From Basidiobolus meristosporus CBS 931.73 (Eukaryota; Fungi; Basidiobolomycota), in contig MCFE01000268.1 in assembly GCA_002104905.1 (NCBI GenBank), positions 43,440-107,439 on the forward strand: a stretch of DNA of 64,000 nt, in the 5' to 3' direction. Below, piece after piece: positions 11,395 through 22,963 of the stretch (position 1 is the first letter of the stretch; every line of letters starts with the position of its first letter). A program made the translations under genes and the position numbers. The notes beneath the pieces are model-generated. The model was not told the DNA's origin. It worked only from the letters and a program-made list of their open reading frames with translations, and searched no databases.

Positions 11395-13283
11395 TGGGTG
11401 TGGGCCAGAGGAAATTTTGTATAGGTTGAATTAAACCATTGTGATTAAAGCGATACTCTGCTTTCGTTAGTGCACGAGTTGGGGAAGGGGTTTCGAGGTC
11501 GATTCAGTTGGGATCAGAATGGCATATCGTCGGTTGAAGTAAGCGTTGGATTCGCTCTGTTTGTCGCAACAAATCACCCTAGAACGTGGTTGCAGGTTTG
11601 ATGATTGTCCTAACTAGTTTTCAACCGGCTTGTGATACACACAAATATAGTAGCTGGTTCATGCAATGGCCAAAAGCGGGAAATCAGTATGCTTGATAAG
11701 TACGCTGGGGGATCAGTTCAACCTGTCTAGATACCGTCAGTATTAATGTGAACAAACGATTTCTATTATGGTGTTGGAGAGTGATTGCCTTTTTCATGAC
11801 GAATAGTAAGTCACCCTCCCGCCAATCACTCAACCAAGAGCGATTTCTGGTAGAGATTTCCTGGAATGGGCAGTGGAGGCTATGGTGTCAGCCGAACCGT
11901 ACTCTCCTCATAAAATACTTGTGTGTAGCAGCAGTAAGGATGGCTTCCTGTGAACAATTGCCTCGCTGGTGCGGGCATTCCCAGCAGTGATTTTCTACCC
12001 TAGACTTAGCATTGACAGAATGATGACGGCGGTAATAACATCGGGAGCCAATCAAACATCATGGCATGCATGGGCTCATCTTCTGGCAAAGTGCTCATGG
12101 TTACAATGGGGTTTGGGGGCTGAATCAAGGAGTTTCGCCGGAGGGGGGAGGGCGTCTGAGTCAGATCAAAACGTGCAAGCGGTATATCTGGATACTGCCA
12201 CCACCTTGGACTAGAGTACATGTACGAGCATTTAAGGGATGCCGTCATACTTGGATCAGTGGTAATCACGATTTTGTGGCTACAGCAGCTGGCAGGGAGT
12301 GGATGATCAACATGTGGATGACCTCGGATAAAGGGTGTGTTTCCAGGTGTCTAAAAGGGCCAGACAGGAAGACTGGGGGTTGCTGTCCACAGGGATCCCG
12401 CTTGACAGGTAATCGGCCCAATTAGCCGATGCAAAGATTCATTTGGCGTCATCATCAGGTAACGACTGAGCGGCAAGGTTTCTCGTCTTCATGGCAACGT
12501 CCCGCTAAGGTTGTGGAGGGCGGCTCGCCACACACCCCCGATTTACAGAAAGGTCCCAAACCTGTACGATTCGATGTATATGGGCCACCACGGCTCCGCT
12601 AAAGGCCTAGATTCCCAAATAATATCGGCAATTATCCCCATACTGAGTAGATCATATGTGATCAATAGAGTCGATCTACTGACGCCCTATCCATCATGTA
12701 CCAGGTTGGCTCGGCATCATTCAGGTGCAAGAAGACGCCTTGACCGGCTTGAGTGTCAGGCATTGCGGTGAGTGCATCCTGGTCGGATTCCTTTTGTACA
12801 CAACACCCTAAATGCAGCACCAATGGTAACGCCAGGCGCAATTTTCTGAGGAATCGGCCGTTTCCGTGGCCGCTAGTGTGTGATATGTCCATAAAGTGCC
12901 GCTGGATTACAGACAGCAGGACTCATAGGTACGGTTATTTAATGGGCATATAGTGGGAATCGAAGAAATGCAGTGATTGGTATTGGGGCTCACTAAAAGC
13001 CTTGTATTATCAGGTGATGGGGGAGTTAGACGCTGGTGACGGAGGTGAGGCATATCTAGACCTACTGGTGGAGACCCACAGGTTTCTGGTGGTAAGCAGT
13101 CAAGGTTTGTACAGAGTATTTCCCTATTTGATATTCACATACCAGACTGAGAATATTCACCCGAAAGATTAAAGTAGAAACAAGAATACAGGAGAAAAGT
13201 TAAGGTACAGTGGGGCGTATCTTAGTGAAGCTCTGTTTGGAGTGTTGAGCATTGTGGTATCAAGCATGACCCTTAAGGGGGTC

Positions 13284-14383
13284 TCAGTAAGTGAATTCGA
13301 GCATTGATGTAGTGTGTCTACGCTTTTTTAGCGGTGGCTGCTGCAACTGAAATTCTGAGGGGTTGGTGTGTGATACAGAATTCCAAGTAGCATCTGGATC
13401 GGATTCGGCGCTCGTGACAGGGTGTTGAAAGGATTTCGTACGTAGTTTGGGCTGTGACGGGTTCTTCGGGTCATTCAGCTTGGCGGCGTCTAGTGATAGG
13501 TTGCAGCCGGTCCAGTTGGGCTCTTCCGTAGTGGCCGGCATTTTCTTTTTGTTTCCGTACGGGGAAATGTGGGATTGTTGTTGGAGCATATCGATTTGAA
13601 TCGACAGGTCGAGTCCAAGAGAGCCAAACCCCGAGTGCGCAGTGTCTGCCTCGTTGAAGTCCTCCGAGTAGTTAGGCGGCACCAAGGTGGGTGTCTCGGC
13701 CATGCTGGACAAAAGGGGGGCTGAGTCGTGGGACAGTTGTAGAGCAGCCGTATCACAGGTATGCAGGAGTGTGAGCGAGTCGTGAGAAAGAGTATTACTC
13801 GTGTCGTCAAAGTCGCGGAGTCTAACTAAAGAGTGGTACAGAGATTAATATTGTAGAGGACACTCGTATAGCCTTGGAAATAGTTACCTGAGTAGAGAAA
13901 GGCATTTGGATGGGGATATTCTTGTGGTTTATCATAGACGTTCAGTCCGTAGGACGTGGAGGTGTCTTTCAAGTCGAAGGTCGGATTGTTTTGTGGGGTG
14001 AAGTGGGAGTATTCTGGCTCTGCTCTGTAAGATGTTGATGGCTGCGAGATAAAGATCGAGCTTGGGTGGGATAAAGTCAGCTTGGTGGCTTCTATGGGTT
14101 TTGGGGAGCCAGTGGCGCTGGATTCCTGGCAACCTTTTTTTAATTTCTGGCGACGATTCTGAAACCAGATCTGGACTGCACGAGGATGCATCTCTAATTC
14201 TTCTGCTAGCTTTACACGAATGTCAGTTTTTGGCTTTGTGGTTTGGTCGAAGACTTCCATCAATCTAGTGACTTGACGCGCGCTGAGGCGGTTGCGTCGC
14301 TTAACTTCTCGAGGCTCAGTAGGTTTGTCAAACTCTGAATCCAAGTCGGATGATGTTGGGAGGAGAGCTTCAGTTTGACTCAT
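13284..14383 (-). CDS. Homeodomain transcription factor (Q50), 2 exons (14383-13888, 13825-13284)
   Basis: KRRNRLSARQVTRLMEVF...KLAEELEMHPRAVQIWFQNRRQKLKK is a canonical homeodomain. The 62-nt intron GTAAC..TTTAG (13887-13826) joins ORF 13826-14539 in frame to ORF 13284-13712. The first in-frame ATG is at 14383. Confidence 0.9.
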
Positions 14384-15599
14384 ACTTGTCGATGGTATCC
14401 CCAATGCGCAGGTAACAAGAAGAAGGGACAGGGGAAAATGGGAAGTGCTGTTAAATCGGAGAATGAAAAGAATCTGGTAGAGTTGTGGCAGTGACCCTTG
14501 ACTTTTATAGCAACAGAAGTCACTAGTGATGCGGGTCAACTGACAATAAAGTCAAGACTAGCCGACATGATTCGGGATCTTACAATACAGGGTTATTTTA
14601 TCAACGATATCAAACTAGAAAGAGCACAAAGATTGGATCCCTTTCTATTCTAGTTATGGCCTTTCTTCAGAAAAAACAGGTGTTATATCTGTCAATGGGA
14701 TAAGAGAGCATGGCGGATACAAAGGGCCTTCAGTAGAACAGTACACCATCTACATTCGTTTCAAGGGTTCACAAGATGCTCTTTGACCCTGTGGACAAGG
14801 CAGCATTCCCGGCCAACCAACTTGCACAGGCTCTCGCTATGGATGCTTTGTGGTGGCCTTCAGGTGCGTTCCATGTTCAGTCTGCGCCACATTGACTCAT
14901 GAGCTTGCAAGGTGAGGGACCGGCTTTGGAAACAACTGGCTCACTTTAGAGAAATGCTCGTATTATCATAATCATCAGCCAATCTTCCATTTGGTAAAAT
15001 CATTGGAGTTCTAAAAATAGTGATGCCATGGAGGGGGACCTTGACCTTCCTATCACTGCCAAGACGGAGCGATTTGAAGTATCGGAATGCTTTTCAGTTC
15101 TATATGGCACTTCAAATACACTGATCTACCCTATCACCTGATGCGGGTGTGCTCACTGTACCAAGCCTAGTAGGGTGACAAGTATGGTACAAGAAACTCC
15201 TTGCATAGGCTACAATCCTACAATGTTTAGCTACAATGCCACTGAGCACTAACCTACCGGTTTACCCTCCAGTAATTCTAGTCAGCGGGATTTTATAGTA
15301 TTGAGACTATATAAAGGGAATCGAGCGAAAAATCTACTACATTTTCCCGATAACCTACTAGTTTCCCAAACTGGTTGAATCCCAAAACTTGCGGATAAAT
15401 GGTACTCTTTTATATATTGTATTGATAGTTGGGCGTTGTTGGAACTATCAAGTATTGTACGTAATTAGTTCAACATTGACGAAATGAACAATTTATACCT
15501 AGTCAGTCTAGGCTCGGTGCTGGCTTTGCGCATTTGCTAATTTTTTAGAATTCAAGATGGAGCATTTTCACGCCGTCTAAATTTCTAAACGCCTTGTGA

Positions 15600-15960
15600 T
15601 ATCAATTACCAGCTGCATCTGATAGTCTATGTTACAATTTCTTCATAGGAGAGATATCTATTTTTTCTCTGGTTAATTGAAATAACTACTGTGTTGGACT
15701 TTGAAATGATTAGGTTTAGGTCTTGTGAAAGTAATATATTATTAGAGAATTCATGAACTTACTTGTGGAGTATCTCAGCACAAGCATTGCAGAAGTAGAG
15801 TAAGGTTCCTTTGGCTCTCTTGAAAGGCACTGAGCACTTCCAACTGATCATCTTGAGCCTTTTATTGTAGCATCATAATTTTGGCTCTTTGTACTGCAAG
15901 CATGAATGAACATTCTCCAGAGTCAGCAACAATTGATTGCTCCACTGCCATTACATGGCC
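15600..15960 (-). mobile_element. Highly decayed copia-like gag remnant
   Basis: Minus-strand LTLENVHSCLQYKE resembles LTLDNVYGRLLDEE of the neighbouring copia Gag. CpG disappears abruptly from about 15600. Confidence 0.3.
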
Positions 15961-15988
15961 AGAAGCTAGTCTACACAGCTATTGATAC

Positions 15989-16320
15989 TGTTGTAAAAAC
16001 TCGTATTTCCACCTAAATATTCACCTAACTTATTCGCTTAGATCATTACCTTCATATCCTAGAGAATACTGACCAAATTCCATGTCGGGATTTACTTGGA
16101 ATATTTACCCAGAACATGAAAATTCTCAAAGTTGTCCAAACAGCCCCAAACTTTGCACACATGTTCTTGGGACCTTGCTTAACCTATTCTTTGTGTTTTC
16201 AATGCCAAGACCATGTAAAAGTATAAATACTACTTTTACATTCAATAAATCATTAAGTGAAAACCACATAATCTACTTGTCCTCCCAATCACTTCCAATA
16301 TCTCCAAGACTTTTACAACA
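15989..16320 (+). repeat. Copia 5' LTR (332 bp)
   Basis: TGTTGTAAAA...TTTTACAACA inverted termini; nearly identical to the reverse complement of 62454-62785. Confidence 0.95.
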
Positions 16321-16332
16321 GGTTATGAGCCC
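16321..16332 (+). promoter_or_regulatory. Primer-binding site complementary to the anticodon stem-loop of initiator tRNA-Met (half-tRNA priming)
   Basis: GGTTATGAGCCC immediately follows the LTR. It is the reverse complement of GGGCTCATAACC in fungal tRNAiMet, the PBS type of Ty5 and Drosophila copia. Confidence 0.85.
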
Positions 16333-19300
16333 CAAGCTGTCACTCTCTGCAATGTCTACCACCGCTAATACTGGAATTTTTCTCTCTGCTGAAAAGTTGG
16401 ATGGATCTAACTACCAAGTGTGGAAGGTGAAGATGAAGATGCTGCTACAAGAAAGAGGCCTTTGGGATATTGTCATGGGAGAAGAATGCCCACCTAGCAA
16501 CATGGGAGAGGAAGCCTTGAAGTACCAGAAGAAAGATCAAAGTGCCTTTAACTGCATTTGCCTTAATGTTAAAGACAAATTGCTAATTCAATGCTCAAGA
16601 GCAAAAATGGCAAAGAATGCCTGGAAGGCATTAGAAGACACCTACCAGTCATGTTTAGCTGCTAAGAAAATGTATCTGAGACGAAAATTCTTTACTATAA
16701 AGATGCTGCCAGGAGAAGAAATGAAAATTCTAATCAACAGAATTACTCTGCTGGTAGATCAGATGAAATCTGTGGGCATACCAACTACTGATGAGGATGT
16801 GATAGTTAACATCCTGAATAGCCTGACAGACAAGTTTCAGGGCCTTGTCTCAGCCCTAGAGTCCAGAACCGAAGATTTGACCTTAGATAATGTATATGGA
16901 AGGCTCCTGGATGAAGAATTAAGAAAATCAAGGGCAAATAAGAAGGAAGAAGAAAATGCTTTAATAAGCAATGATAACAAACAAAGGAGGTACCCAAGAC
17001 CCTACAAAGGTAACAGCAACCTGTTTTGCAACTACTGCAAAAGCAAAGGACACACATCAGACCGATGTCTCAAAAAGAAAGATAATCAACAAAAGAAGCC
17101 TGAAAATGGAAATGCTGCAACAGCTGAAGATAGACTATTCATATCTGCACTAAATATGACCACAAACAAGGATTCTCAGATGTGGTATATTGACTCTGGA
17201 GCATCTCAACACTTTACACACCAAAAAGAACTTTTTACCCAATATCAAGAAATTCCAATTAAGAAGGTTTTCATGGGTGACAATAGTACACTTGATGCAG
17301 TGGGAGAAAGAACTATCCAAGTGAACCTAACAAGCAGTGAAAGAAACCATACACTGACTTTCAAAGAAGTACACTATGTACCAGAAATAGACAAGTACCT
17401 ACTATCTGTAAGCAAGGCCACTGCAGAAGGACTCAGTTTCAGCTTTGACAATTCTGCATGCAAGATCACTGATCAAAATGGTGCCCATATTGCTTTGGGC
17501 ATCAGAGATCAGAATCTATACAAGCTGACTTATATTCCATCATATTTGGAAGCCAATATATGTAACTTAAATGAAGAAACACCAATGCTTTGGCACAGGA
17601 GATTTGGGCACAACAATTTTGATTATTTGCTCAAAATGATCAAAGATCAGTTAATTTCTGGAGTGAAAATTGATCCCCCAGCTAATTTGGAGCACTGTGA
17701 AGCCTGCATATATGGGAAACAAGCCAGACAACCGCTCAAGAGCTCTGGGTTAATCAAAACTAAGAAAAAATTAGATCTAATTCACTCAGATCTGTGTGGA
17801 CCTATGCAAAATTAATCCTTAGGCGGGATGAGGTATTTAATCACTTTTATTGATGATTATACAAGATACACATGGGTCTACTTCATGGAGAGAAAGGAAG
17901 AAGCGTAGTCTAAGCTCAGGGAGTTTAAAGCCATGGCAGAGAGAGAAACTGGTGAAAAAATCAAGAAAATATGCTCTGACAATAGTGGAGAATGCACCTC
18001 AAAACTCTTCATCCACTTCTGCAAAATTCATGGGATAGAGCAAGACACTACTGTACCATACTCCCCACAGTAGAATGGAGTAGCTGAACATGCTAACAGA
18101 TCAATAATTGATAATGCAAGATCTATGATCCATGATCAAAAATTATCCTATGATTTTGGGCAGAATCAGTTGCCACTGCTGTATACCTTAAAAACAGGAG
18201 TTATAACAGAATACCTTGTGATTCTACTCCATTCAAAGCATGGTATGGATACAGAGCAAGTGCAGAACTTTTAAGAATATTTGGGTGTACAGCATATGCC
18301 AAAAAACTGGCTGGAAATCAGTCAAAATTTGAGCCAAAAAGTGTAAAATGCATATTTTTAGGCTGCTGCAATGAGAGTAAGGCATACAGACTCTACAATA
18401 CCAAAGCAAAGAAGCTGATCAAGTCCAGGGATGTGCTGTTTGATGAAAATTTGAAATTCTCACAAAAAATGACATCAGATGATGACAAAAATTTGATCTC
18501 AAGTCCACCAATTGTCAGGATTGAATCAGAGCAAAACAATGAGAATTTTTTCACTCCAGAGGACTCTACAACCATGGTTCAGCCAGAATCAGTGCCTAGC
18601 AATATCCCAGCGGTGATCATTCCAGTATCAAATGCCCAGAGATCCAATCAGACAAGAAATAGCCTAAACTACTATATCAATGAGGGTACAAACTTAGCCT
18701 ATGCCTATTCAGTTTATATTGATGAGCCCCAGAATGTAAAAGAGGCCCTAAGTAGCTCTCAGACAAAGTGTTGGAGATCTGCAATGACTGAGGAATATCA
18801 GGCTCTGATGGAAAATCAAACTTGGGGCTTAGTCAAATTACCAATCAACCAAAAATCAATTGGATGCAGATGGGTCTTCAAGACAAAATACAAGGCTGAT
18901 GGTAGAATTGAAAGATACAAAGCAAGACTTGTAGTCAAAGGATACTCTCAAACAAAAGGACTTGACTATACTGAGACCTTTGCACCGGTAGCCAAGTTTA
19001 ATTCCATCAGATTAATATTGGCTATTGCAGCCAAATTTAGGTTTTTTATACATCTAATGGATGTAAAAACTGCATTTTGAGTTGAGAACTTGCTGTGGAT
19101 GTGCAAATGGACCAGACTGATGGGTTTGTTGACTAAGGTAACCCCCATTTGGTCCGCAAGCCTGAAATATCTCTATATGGTCTCAAACAATCATCAAGAG
19201 CTTGGAATGACAAGATAGATTCTTATCTGGAATATTGGGTTTCAAAAGTAGTAATGCTGACTATATTATATACTATAAGCCACATAGAGCAAATCCAGCT

Positions 19301-20342
19301 TTATTAGCTCTATATATGGATGACTTTATTACAGCTGCCAATATCCTAGAAACATTGCAAGAGACTAAATCTAGCCTATCTAAAGAGTTCAAGACATCTT
19401 ATCTAGGAGAACTCAGTAACTACATAGGGATAAAGTTCTCCATAGACAAAGGTACTCAGACTAACACCCTTAGGCAATCCAAGCATACTCAAGATACACT
19501 AAAGAAGTACCAAATGGAAAACTGTAAACCAGCAGCTACCCCAATAGAGACAAACTTAACTTGGTCAAAAATCAACTAAATCAAGAGAGCTTGGTGCCAT
19601 CCAAAAGCCCTGACTTTTCTTATCAATCTATGGCTGACAGTCTGATGAATATCATGCTTGGAACACATCCAGATATCTCATACTCAGTGGGAGTTGTCCG
19701 CCAGCATGATCAGAACTAGGGATCTGATCATATTGCAGCAGCGGAGCGGATTTTTAGACACCTTAAAGGAACTGCTAATATCTATTTAAAATACACTTAT
19801 AAGGACTCAGAACTGGATTTTGTTGGATTCTCTGATAATGATTGGGGACAAAATTTAGAAGAGAGAAGGTCCACCTCAGGATATGCCTTTCTTCACTGTC
19901 CAGGAACAATTTCATGGAATTCAAGAAAGCAACCAACCATAGCACTTTCTACCACAGAGGCACACTATATGACAGCCTGTGAGGCTACAAAAAAAGCAAT
20001 GCAGTTAAGAAAGCTTTTTACAGATTTAGGCCTATGTCAAAAAACGCCTATTACTTTATTTCAAGATAAAAAAGGATGTATGCAATTAGGTAGATATCCA
20101 ACTTTTCATGCTAGAACCATATAAATATATATATATATGGTAGAAATCCAGCTTTTCATGCTAGAGTTATGCACATAGATATTAGACATCATTTCATATG
20201 TGAAGCTATAGAGAATAAATTAGTTAGTTTAGTTTACTGTCTCACATCTGAAAAGATTGCAGACATATTTATCAAACCATTAGCTAGAGAAGAGTTTGAA
20301 TATTGTAGGTCAAAATTAGGACTGGTCAGTATGAGCATATAG
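16325..20342 (+). pseudogene. Copia gag-pol polyprotein; open through Gag, zinc knuckle, protease and GAG-pre-integrase to 17815, then broken by stops and frameshifts
   Basis: KLDGSNYQVWKVKMKMLL (Gag), CNYCKSKGHTSDRC (CCHC), WYIDSGASQH (protease), LWHRRFGH..CEAC (HHCC), IHSDLCGPM (integrase), IGCRWVFKTK..RYKARLV (RT), SWNSRKQ (RNase H). Confidence 0.92.
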
Positions 20343-20353
20343 CTGAGTGGGAG

Positions 20354-20605
20354 TATTGTCAAAGTTTGGAACTCCTCTTAAATATTTACCTTTCCTAGTC
20401 ACTTGGATAGCTACCTTCAGATCCTAGTGAATAATGATCAAATTCCTTGTCAGGATTTACTAGAATATCTTCACCAAAATACCAGGAACCCAGAACATGA
20501 ACTTCTCAAAGTAATCCAAAAAGCCCCATACTTTACACACATGTTCTTGGGACCTTTCTTATTCTATTTTATGTGCTTGTAATGCCAGGATCATGTGAAA
20601 GTATT
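20354..20605 (+). repeat. Copia 3' LTR, diverged and 3'-truncated
   Basis: Follows the PPT and is alignable to the 5' LTR, with many substitutions and an extra ~17-bp segment (AAAATACCAGGAA..) like the LTR at 59606-59954. Confidence 0.75.
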
Positions 20606-20639
20606 AACTCCCTGAAATACATTGACTATTTCTTGATGC

Positions 20640-21100
20640 CATTGTGTTGAGAATGAGTCCAGAGAAAATGATATTCAACATGTTACCTCCCAGGTACAAA
20701 GATATGTTTACAATAGCATATTTAATGTTGAATAGTCATGAAGAAATGTCAAGCTTCTAGTCTGACTGTATCTGGAGCCAAATGCAAGTTGGATACAGAA
20801 AGCAATCATTCTGGGTGAACTTGTTACTGCTAAGGGGAGGCTGCCTGATCATACAAAATTTTCATGGGCACTGAGTTAGAAGTCCCCAAGCAATACTCAT
20901 CAAGGCAGAAAGCTCCTAGGACTGACTGGCTAATTCAAATTCTGGATCAAGAATTATGCTCAAATTCCTCAGCAACTGACTCAGCTATTACAGAAAAACC
21001 AGAAATTTGAATGGCATGAAGGGCAGACAAGTGCTATGTTGGCATTGCTCAAGTCATTGTCAAAGCCACCTGCTTTAGCAGCTATAGACTAAAGTGTCAT
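20640..21100 (+). mobile_element. Decayed Ty3/gypsy RT/connection remnant from a different lineage than the 25.7-36.6 kb family
   Basis: Translation ..GRKLLGLTG*FKFWIKNYAQIPQQLTQLLQKNQKFEWHEGQ..LSKPPALA matches gypsy R.FLGL.GYYR.FI.NYA.IA.PLT.LL.K..KF.W.... Confidence 0.7.
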
Positions 21101-21944
21101 TGATTTACAACCAAACAAAGACATAAGAACTAAGTATGCTTTTAATCCAAACTAATAATTATATTTACAATATAACAACTAAATATGTTATAAATCCAAA
21201 CCAATGATTAAATTGTAAATATAATAACCAAGTTTGTAAAAAAAGTTTTCAAAAGATAAAATAATAACTTACAACTTGATAACTCAATATTCTTCATTAC
21301 AAATATTTACATCAACATTATATACAAATCAAAGCTTATCAACAAGCTTAACTGTTCATATACTTTTTTACTTTACCTATCAAACCATTATACATATTAG
21401 ATATTATATAATCTTTAACTAATGGAAAACTCCTGTAGAAGTCCCAACTAATACACCAATCTCATTTGTTATGATATCTCAATTGTCAACTGGTTACATT
21501 TCATGAGTTGCAATATATATTTTCTTTTACAACAACTTCTTTAAGATCAGCTTCTAACTCATCTTCATAAACAGATTTCTTGGTAGCATCTTTATCATAA
21601 ACTTCTTTGTCAGATTCTTATATATTAACAAAACCATTTCCAAGAGGCTCTTTGCCTAAAATTTGTACACCAAATGACCTGTTGATAAAAGGTTGGCATT
21701 AAAAGAACTGGTGTTAAAAGAACACTATTATGTAGTTGCTGCTTTAAGATTTGTGTAGCAGCCTTTTGATTGTTTGATATGTTAGTTTTTGATATATTAT
21801 CTCATACAACTTTAGCATCTTGAGCAGAAGTCTTTTTTGTAGTTTGTTTTGGAGTATTTTCTGAAGCAACTTCAACACTCTGAACAAAAGCCTTTTTTGT
21901 ATTTAGCCTTCAGATTTGGTGCATTTACAACTATGCTGCACAGA

Positions 21945-22930
21945 GTTTGTTAGAGAATTTAAGTGGCTGTACTACAGGCACAAAGCTACATGCATTGATC
22001 TCTGCTTCTAATGTATCTATTCTACTTCATCTGGCTTGGTGTACAGAGAATATTGGGCCTTGCTTTACTGGAGTTTCCTGTGGAGCAGATGTGTGAGCAG
22101 ATAGGAAGATAAGTTTAGCTGCAGGCACAACCATATCCTAGTCTTAGCAACAATTTCAACATCAAGTCCATTATGGATGTTATGAGTTACCATATGGGCA
22201 ACAGCCAGGAAGACCTACAAGATACTGAGGACAGATGCTCACATGGAGACACCTATGCCTTTATCTTTACAAAGCTAATCAGCCCCAAAGTGTAGGTATG
22301 CAGCTATATACTGCAAGGCTTATTGGACACAACTAGCAACTTATTCTTATCAGGACAGCTTTGCCAATATATACCAGGCTTCTTTACTTATAAGCCAGTT
22401 TTTATATGATTCAGTATGGAATTCACACAAACAAGAACTGGAGCACACCTACAGGAGAGACCAGAATCTGGCAGGGAGAAGTAATATATTGGCCAAGTAA
22501 AAAGCTTATAGAAGATATTCAAGAGTTATTTATGGCAGAAGTAATGGTAACCAATCCTATACTTGCAAGATGTGTATGCTACCAGCAATACTGGGCATAT
22601 GGCAACTTTGCAAGCAGCACACTGAACAGTTGTAAAGTTGAGATGATGGAAATGTGTCAATTGCAGCAGATGTACACCTATTAGAGGTTAGTAGGCAATT
22701 GGTTATAAGTTTATTGATATGTCCTATGTATGGAATACCAATGGTACTTGTGGGGGAGCAAATATATTGGGGTGGTCCTATAGTGACAGGTATATATGGC
22801 ACAAGTGGAGGTACAAAAACCATATACCATTTGGTAATTAGTACAGTTGTATTATACAGAACTTGCTGTTGGCTACCATACCATTGTCATGTGTCAGCAG
22901 AGGTCTGCAAGGTGACTGTCAGAACAATGA
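21945..22930 (+). mobile_element. CMC/CACTA transposase 3' fragment
   Basis: Collinear with 42240-43170 (IDLC..LLHLAWC..GP..EFPVEQMC.QIGR..LQ..PYP.L.. segment); decayed. Confidence 0.75.
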
Positions 22931-22963
22931 AAAGGCTTTTGCTATTCAAGGCAATGAACATAT

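Larger units (their letters stand above)
15989..20605 (+). mobile_element. Ty1/copia LTR retrotransposon, near full length and inactivated, with a divergent truncated 3' LTR
   Basis: 5' LTR 15989-16320, PBS 16321-16332, gag-protease-integrase-RT-RNaseH order, PPT AGCTGAGTGGGAG at 20341-20353, 3' LTR from 20354. Confidence 0.95.

Noticed and set aside
14384-14539. 52-aa N-terminal extension of the homeobox ORF, and the 12-aa extension of the CAF16-like ORF (7619-7654)
   Set aside because: Both come from non-ATG starts in the ORF track; the first in-frame ATGs are at 14383 and 7655.
15484-15540. 18-aa hydrophobic mini-ORF (MNNLYLVSLGSVLALRIC) downstream of a TATA-like box at the island edge
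   Set aside because: It is too short and has no homology evidence, so it cannot be distinguished from chance.
16082-16324. N-terminal 81 aa of the 577-aa ORF (MSGFTWNIYPEH...), and similar MFVMPRPGKS ORFs at 59500-59733 and 62126-62581
   Set aside because: These are read-through of LTR sequence. Gag homology begins only after the LTR/PBS, and the 62126 ORF is an artefact of the nesting junction.
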